Shown: positions 7,557 through 12,120 of the stretch, in pieces
Layout of the letters: each line of letters opens with the position of its first letter
Numbering within the stretch: the first letter of the stretch is position 1
NCBI GenBank assembly: GCA_041576165.1
Contig: JBFGLM010000088.1
Coordinates: 1 to 12,120, forward strand
Length of the DNA stretch: 12,120 bases
Source: Acidimicrobiia bacterium
Lineage (GTDB): Bacteria > Actinomycetota > Acidimicrobiia > Spongiisociales > Spongiisociaceae
Reading direction: 5' to 3'
Position numbers and translations under genes: made by a program
The notes under the pieces: generated by a model
What the model was told of the DNA's origin: nothing
Seen by the model: only the letters and a program-made list of their open reading frames with translations
Databases searched by the model: none

Positions 7557-9449
7557 ATGGAGCGCTCAGTGAAAGATGACAGTGCGGTCAGAGTGACGTT
7601 TCTGCGGATGCGGCCGGTTGAGACCATCAACGAGCTGACGGCCGGCACCCGGCGTCGAGAAGGCACGACCACGGTTGAGCTGGCTGTACCCGACGTAGCC
7701 GGCGTGGCCGCGGCGGTCCGGGGCGGGCTGCTCCCGGTGTCGGTGGGCGAAGAGTCGGTGGATGCCGCTGCGTGGGTGATCGAGCCCGAGCAGGCAGCTG
7801 CGCTCGTCAAACGCCGGGTAGAGCCTTGGCGGGTCACCGTGATCGACTCGGGTCCCCGAGCCGCGGTGCTGGACGCGGTTGCCCGTACCCAAGCGGCGTA
7901 CCTGCGCACCGGTCGCAGCCGCATCACGGAGGCGGTCGACCTGGCCGGTCTGCCGGCCATCCCCACCGTGGTGTCGGTGTTCGTGGACGACGTGGAGGAT
8001 GGGGTGCAGGCGGTTACTCAGGGCGCACGCGATCTGCTGTTGCGAGACTGGGACGTGGAGCGCATCGGACAGCTGCGTGACGCGCTCGATATCCCACTGG
8101 TCGAGCGCACGGCCATTCCGCCGGGGATCGCAATCGACGCAGTGCGCGAATCATTCACGCCCGACCTGTTCGGCACGTACCTGGACCAGGTCGATGGATC
8201 AGGTGTCGCCCGGCCCCGCTACAGCTGGGCGCCCGGCCGAGACGAGCCGCCGCCGGTGCCGCCGCGACGTATCTCGGTTGAATGGCTTGACGCAAGCTGG
8301 TTGACGGGGCGATCGCCCGAGGCACTCAGCGGCGCTTCCGGCGCGGTCCGGTCCGTGCTAGAGCGTTGCTTGGAGGACACGCCACCTAGTCGCAACGAAG
8401 TCGAGGATCTGCTGTCGGCCCGGGGTGACGACGTGGATGCCATTGCGTGGGCGGCGGATCAGCTCCGATCGCGCCGGGTGGGTGACATTGTGACCTACGT
8501 GGTGAACCGCAACATCAACTACACCAACATGTGCTACTTCCGGTGCGGATTCTGCGCGTTTTCCAAAGGCCCGCGCAGTCTCAACTTGCGGGGCGAGCCT
8601 TATCTCATGGGCGTAGACGAGGTGGTCGCTCGGGCGCAGGAGGCTTGGGACAAAGGCGCCACCGAGGTGTGTCTCCAAGGTGGCATCCACCCCGAGTTCA
8701 CCGGCGATTTCTACGTGTCGGTGCTGCGCGGCATCAAAGAGGCGCTTCCCGGGATGCATGTTCACGGGTTTACGCCCCTGGAGGTATGGCAGGGTGCCGA
8801 GACCCTGGGCATGAACGTGCGTGACTTCCTCGTCATGCTGCGTGACGCCGGCCTCGGGACGCTGCCCGGGACTGCTGCGGAGATTCTGGATGACCGCGTG
8901 CGGGAGCATCTGTGCCCGGACAAGATCAGGACGTCGCAATGGGCCGAAGTCATGATCACGGCTCATGGTCTCGGGTTGAGGTCCACCGCCACGATCATGT
9001 TCGGTCACATCGATGATCCCGGCTCGTGGGCCAACCACTTCGAGGCGCTGCGCCAGATTCAGCGCCGGACCGGCGGCATCACCGAATTCGTTCCCTTGCC
9101 CTTCGTGCATATGGGTGCCCCGATCTATCTGCGGAGGGCGTCGCGGCCGGGGCCCACATGGGACGAGGTGGTGCTGATCCACGCGGTCGCCCGCCTGGCG
9201 TTCGACGGCCTGATCGACAACATCCAAGGATCGTGGGTCAAGCTGGGTCTCGACGGCGCCGGCCGGCTCCTCGGAGCCGGGTGCAACGACCTCGGCGGCA
9301 CGCTCATGAATGAAATCATCAGCCGTTCGGCCGGTGCATCGCACGGCCAGGAGATGACGGTGGCCGACTTCGAGCAGCTCATATCCGGGTTGGGCAGGAT
9401 CCCCGCCCGCCGCAATACCGTGTACGAGATCCTCGAAACGGCCGACTGA
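7557..9449 (+). CDS. cofH: FO synthase subunit CofH (radical SAM) with long N-terminal extension
   Basis: C-terminal part: TYVVNRNINYTNMCYFRCGFCAFSKG (CxxxCxxC at 8532-8555), EVCLQGGIHP, LPGTAAEILDD, TIMFGHID, EFVPLPFVH, NIQGSWVKLG, NDLGGTLMNE. Start uncertain (7557, 7569 or 7608). Adjacency to cofG favours CofH over MqnC/MqnE. Confidence 0.92.
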   Translation: MERSVKDDSAVRVTFLRMRPVETINELTAGTRRREGTTTVELAVPDVAGVAAAVRGGLLPVSVGEESVDAAAWVIEPEQAAALVKRRVEPWRVTVIDSGPRAAVLDAVARTQAAYLRTGRSRITEAVDLAGLPAIPTVVSVFVDDVEDGVQAVTQGARDLLLRDWDVERIGQLRDALDIPLVERTAIPPGIAIDAVRESFTPDLFGTYLDQVDGSGVARPRYSWAPGRDEPPPVPPRRISVEWLDASWLTGRSPEALSGASGAVRSVLERCLEDTPPSRNEVEDLLSARGDDVDAIAWAADQLRSRRVGDIVTYVVNRNINYTNMCYFRCGFCAFSKGPRSLNLRGEPYLMGVDEVVARAQEAWDKGATEVCLQGGIHPEFTGDFYVSVLRGIKEALPGMHVHGFTPLEVWQGAETLGMNVRDFLVMLRDAGLGTLPGTAAEILDDRVREHLCPDKIRTSQWAEVMITAHGLGLRSTATIMFGHIDDPGSWANHFEALRQIQRRTGGITEFVPLPFVHMGAPIYLRRASRPGPTWDEVVLIHAVARLAFDGLIDNIQGSWVKLGLDGAGRLLGAGCNDLGGTLMNEIISRSAGASHGQEMTVADFEQLISGLGRIPARRNTVYEILETAD

Positions 9450-9460
9450 CGGTCGGCCGT
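9438..9460 (+). terminator. GC-rich hairpin over the cofH stop codon; possible terminator without a U-tract
   Basis: ACGGCCGAC-tgacg-GTCGGCCGT, a perfect 9-bp inverted repeat with the TGA stop in the loop. Confidence 0.35.
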
Positions 9461-9483
9461 CGCGCGGCACACCAACGTCCCGG

Positions 9484-9489
9484 TACGCT
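9484..9489 (+). promoter_or_regulatory. Putative -10 element for a leaderless two-component operon transcript
   Basis: TACGCT 7 nt upstream of GTG 9497, with no Shine-Dalgarno. Confidence 0.45.
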
Positions 9490-9496
9490 GGCGAGC

Positions 9497-10648
9497 GTGA
9501 TTGTTGCCGACAAGATCCGCTGGCTGAGCGACGTCGAACGCTCGATCCGGCGCATCGCCGTCGCCTACCGGGTGGTCGCCATCGTCTGGACCGGGGTGCT
9601 GGTCCTCAGCGCAGTCCTGACCGACGTCGTCATCCCGCGTCTGTGGCTCGTCATCGCGGCGTGGGGGCTCATGATCGCTTGGGGTGTGTTCATCGTATCG
9701 GCCCACCTGCGCAACCCGCTCATCCTGCACCACCCGGTGGTCCTGGTCACCGACGTCGCGACGGCGGTGGCGGCGCTGTACGTCCCCTGGATGGCCGGGA
9801 ACACGGCAACGCTCGAATTCTCGGCGGGATATCCGCTGTCGTCGGTGGCACTGGTGGTTGCCGTGGCCGGCCGCCGGGCCGGTGTAGCAGCGGGAGGCAC
9901 GCTGCTGGTGGCGGCCCTCGCCCGCCGAATCTTCGTCTTGCAGAATCCGACGCTCGGCAACGTCGTTTCGGAGGTCATGTTCTGGCTGTTCCCGACGGCG
10001 CTGATGGCGTGGGCCGCGATGATCATCCGTGGCTTTGCTCGGGAGCGTCGCCAGGCTGAGGAAGCCCTGGCCGGGGCGCGGGCTGAGCAAGCCCGGCTCG
10101 AGGAGCGCCAGGACCTTGCCGCTCACCTGCATGACTCGGTGTTGCAGACTTTGGCCCTCATCCAGCGTCAACCGGACGACCCGGCAGCGGTAGCGGCGCT
10201 GGCTCGAACGCAGGAGCGGGAGCTGCGAGCGTGGTTGTACGGCAGCGGACGTAACCCGGAAACGAGTATGGCTGCGGCCGTGGAGGCCGTATGCGCACAG
10301 GTTGAAGACCTGCACGGCGTCGCGGTGGAACTGGTAACGGCCGGAGACACGGCGATGTCGGAGCACGTTGTTGCGCTGGTCGGCGCCGCCCGGGAAGCTC
10401 TCGTCAACGCTGCCAAACATTCGAAAGCCGGGTCCGTATCGGTGTTCGCCGAGGTCGACGGCGGCATGGCGCGCATCTTCGTGCGGGATCGTGGGATCGG
10501 ATACGATCCCACCATGGTGGCCGCCGACCGCAGGGGAGTCCAGGATTCGATCGTCGGCCGTATGCGCCGGCATGGTGGGTTGGCCGAGATACGTACCGGC
10601 CCGGATGAGGGAACAGAGGTGCGGCTTCAACTGGCAGTGCCGTCGTGA
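9497..10648 (+). CDS. Membrane sensor histidine kinase (HisKA_3-type, NarL-cognate)
   Basis: About 5-6 hydrophobic segments in the N-terminal half; coiled coil; H-box AAHLHDSVLQTLALIQ; N-box EALVNAAKHS; G1 DRGIGYD; terminal GTEV. Confidence 0.93.
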   Translation: MIVADKIRWLSDVERSIRRIAVAYRVVAIVWTGVLVLSAVLTDVVIPRLWLVIAAWGLMIAWGVFIVSAHLRNPLILHHPVVLVTDVATAVAALYVPWMAGNTATLEFSAGYPLSSVALVVAVAGRRAGVAAGGTLLVAALARRIFVLQNPTLGNVVSEVMFWLFPTALMAWAAMIIRGFARERRQAEEALAGARAEQARLEERQDLAAHLHDSVLQTLALIQRQPDDPAAVAALARTQERELRAWLYGSGRNPETSMAAAVEAVCAQVEDLHGVAVELVTAGDTAMSEHVVALVGAAREALVNAAKHSKAGSVSVFAEVDGGMARIFVRDRGIGYDPTMVAADRRGVQDSIVGRMRRHGGLAEIRTGPDEGTEVRLQLAVPS

Positions 10649-11274
10649 CGATCCGCTTGTTCATCGTTGACGACCACGATCTGTTTCGGGCCGGTGTGCG
10701 CGGCGCGTTGCCGGATGACATCGAGGTGGTGGGCGACGCGTCCGATGTGGAAGGAGCGGTCGAGCTGATCCAAGAGCGTCACCCCGATGTAGTGCTGCTC
10801 GACGTTCACATGCCCGGCGGGGGAGGGGTTCAGGTCATCCGCCAGCTCAAGGACCAGGTTGGATCCGTGTTCCTTGCACTCTCGGCGTCCGATGCTCCGG
10901 AGGACGTGGTCGCCGTCATACGGGCGGGAGCCCGCGGCTATGTCACGAAGACGATTTCTACGTCCGAGTTGGCCGACGCCATCCGTTCGGTCGCTGGGGG
11001 AGAAGCTGTCTTCTCTCCCAAGCTGGCCGGCTTCGTGCTGGATGCGTTTGCGTCCATGCCGGTCGGCGAAATCGACACCGAGCTGGACCGGCTCACAGAG
11101 CGGGAGCGCGAAGTCCTCCGCCATATAGCCCGCGGCTACACGTATCGGGAAGTCGGCGAGGAGTTGTACATCTCGGTCAAAACCGTCGAGTCACACGTGT
11201 CGTCCGTACTCCGCAAACTGCAGCTTTCCAACCGGCACGAGCTTGCCAGATGGGCCCACGACCGCGGATTGTGA
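10645..11274 (+). CDS. NarL/LuxR-family DNA-binding response regulator
   Basis: REC motifs IVDDH, LLDVHMP (phospho-Asp), GARGYVTK; LuxR HTH LTEREREVLRHIARGYTYREVGEELYISVKTVESHVSSVLRKL; GTGA overlap with the kinase stop. Confidence 0.96.
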   Translation: MTIRLFIVDDHDLFRAGVRGALPDDIEVVGDASDVEGAVELIQERHPDVVLLDVHMPGGGGVQVIRQLKDQVGSVFLALSASDAPEDVVAVIRAGARGYVTKTISTSELADAIRSVAGGEAVFSPKLAGFVLDAFASMPVGEIDTELDRLTEREREVLRHIARGYTYREVGEELYISVKTVESHVSSVLRKLQLSNRHELARWAHDRGL

Positions 11275-11285
11275 ACCTGGAGCGG

Positions 11286-11306
11286 GCTCAGCCGGCCGGG
11301 CTGAGC
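11286..11306. terminator. Hairpin at the convergent junction of the response regulator and YbjQ-like genes; possible terminator
   Basis: GCTCAGCC-ggccg-GGCTGAGC, an 8-bp inverted repeat with no U-tract. Confidence 0.25.
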
Positions 11307-12120
11307 GTCACTGCGGTGCCCGTGGCGGTGACCACCATGCTTCCGACGACCTCGTGCACCGCGAGGTTCACTCCGATCACGGCGTGAGCACCCCGCGTCA
11401 AGCTCTCTTCAACCATCGCCTGCACCGCAGCCGATCGTGCCGCACCGATGTCGGGGTGATCGCCTAGCGAGGCGTCGCCGGCCACCAGGCCCAGGTACGT
11501 CTCGGGAGTCCAACCATGGATTGTGCTGACCGTCGCAACGATCGGGCGCCACTCGGATGCCACGCCGTCGCCCTGGCCGTCCACCCAGCCCTGAGCGGAC
11601 TCTGCCCATAGGCTTGCCCACTCCAGTGCCGCCGGCGCCGCCCGCGCGCCTGCGCTGGTTTCCTCGACGGGGGGTTCGGCGCCAGCTCCCGGTAGCGCCT
11701 CGGCCTCGTCCTCCACCGCTTCCTCGGTCTCCATGACCGGCGCCTCCGTGGATTCCGGATCGTCGAGCGCCATGGCGGCCGGCGCAGCCGCGGCAGCGGC
11801 AACCAAGGCGCCCAGGTTGGGTCGATCCTCGCCTTCCTCCTCGGCTCGCTCGGTATCTGCCGCGTCCGCCGGGACCGGGTCAGCAGGGGGCGAGCCGGCC
11901 GGACCGTCCTCGGCTGGAACCACCTCGGTCCAATGCGTCAGGGCAGATTCCTGAACGTCGACGACCGACTCGGGGGCGACCATTACCTCGCTTGGCGCAT
12001 CGTCGGTGGGTGTCGGTTCGGGGGTTGTTTCTTCGTCGGGTGTGGCGGCGAAGGTTTGTTCGGCTGCGGGTTCGTGGTCGGTGGGTGTCGGTTCGGGGGT
12101 TGTTTCTTCGTCGGGTGTGG
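11288..12120 (-). CDS. Acidic low-complexity, repeat-containing protein with C-terminal YbjQ/UPF0145-like (putative heavy-metal-binding) domain; probably 5'-truncated by the window edge
   Basis: C-terminus PIVATVSTIHGWTPETYLGLVAG...ARSAAVQAMVEESLTRGAHAVIGV...MVVTATGTAV matches the YbjQ pattern. The frame stays open upstream of ATG 11983 to the window edge (TPDEETTPEPTPTDHEPAAEQTFAATPDEETTPEPTPTDDAPSEVM). Confidence 0.8.
   Translation of the reverse strand, partial: TPDEETTPEPTPTDHEPAAEQTFAATPDEETTPEPTPTDDAPSEVMVAPESVVDVQESALTHWTEVVPAEDGPAGSPPADPVPADAADTERAEEEGEDRPNLGALVAAAAAAPAAMALDDPESTEAPVMETEEAVEDEAEALPGAGAEPPVEETSAGARAAPAALEWASLWAESAQGWVDGQGDGVASEWRPIVATVSTIHGWTPETYLGLVAGDASLGDHPDIGAARSAAVQAMVEESLTRGAHAVIGVNLAVHEVVGSMVVTATGTAVTLSPAG
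12002..12120. repeat. Intragenic direct repeat: identical 44-bp copies at 12002-12045 and 12077-12120 (75-bp period; second copy cut by the window edge)
   Basis: gtcggtgggtgtcggttcgggggttgtttcttcgtcgggtgtgg occurs twice; the period is a multiple of 3; encodes TPDEETTPEPTPTD on the minus strand. Confidence 0.92.

Noticed and set aside
7557-9449. CofH-like ORF as menaquinone futalosine-pathway MqnC/MqnE
   Set aside because: It is adjacent to cofG and carries CofH-type motifs (VNRNINYTN, EVCLQGGIHP, EFVPLPFVH, NDLGGTLMNE).
12002-12120. 44-bp repeats with a 31-bp intervening segment as a CRISPR array
   Set aside because: The period is a multiple of 3, it lies in an open frame continuous with the YbjQ-like gene, the repeat is not palindromic, only two copies are visible, and no cas genes are present.

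Overview
High-GC chromosomal window from an actinobacterium, most consistent with Acidimicrobiia (inferred from gene content and protein style, not from a search). Gene order: ffh-rpsP-khpA-rimM (+), with no trmD or rplS following; a convergent lipoprotein (-); a divergent M23 peptidase (+); a translationally coupled pair of GAPDH homologues (-); divergent F420/FO synthase genes cofG and an N-terminally extended cofH (+); a sensor kinase and NarL/LuxR response regulator (+); and a 5'-truncated acidic, repeat-containing protein with a C-terminal YbjQ-like domain (-). There are two main observations. (1) The upstream GAPDH homologue is full-length and keeps its NAD-binding motifs, but it has lost the catalytic Cys (ASCTTNC -> GSNTSNA) and several substrate-phosphate ligands. 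It is coupled by an ATGA overlap to a canonical gap, making it a candidate pseudoenzyme or regulatory subunit of a heteromeric GAPDH. (2) The cofH protein carries an N-terminal extension of about 230 aa with no Cys. The end of this extension aligns by eye with the C-terminus of the adjacent intact CofG, so it may be an FbiC-type fusion with a decayed CofG half. No mobile elements, RNA genes or CRISPR arrays are supported.
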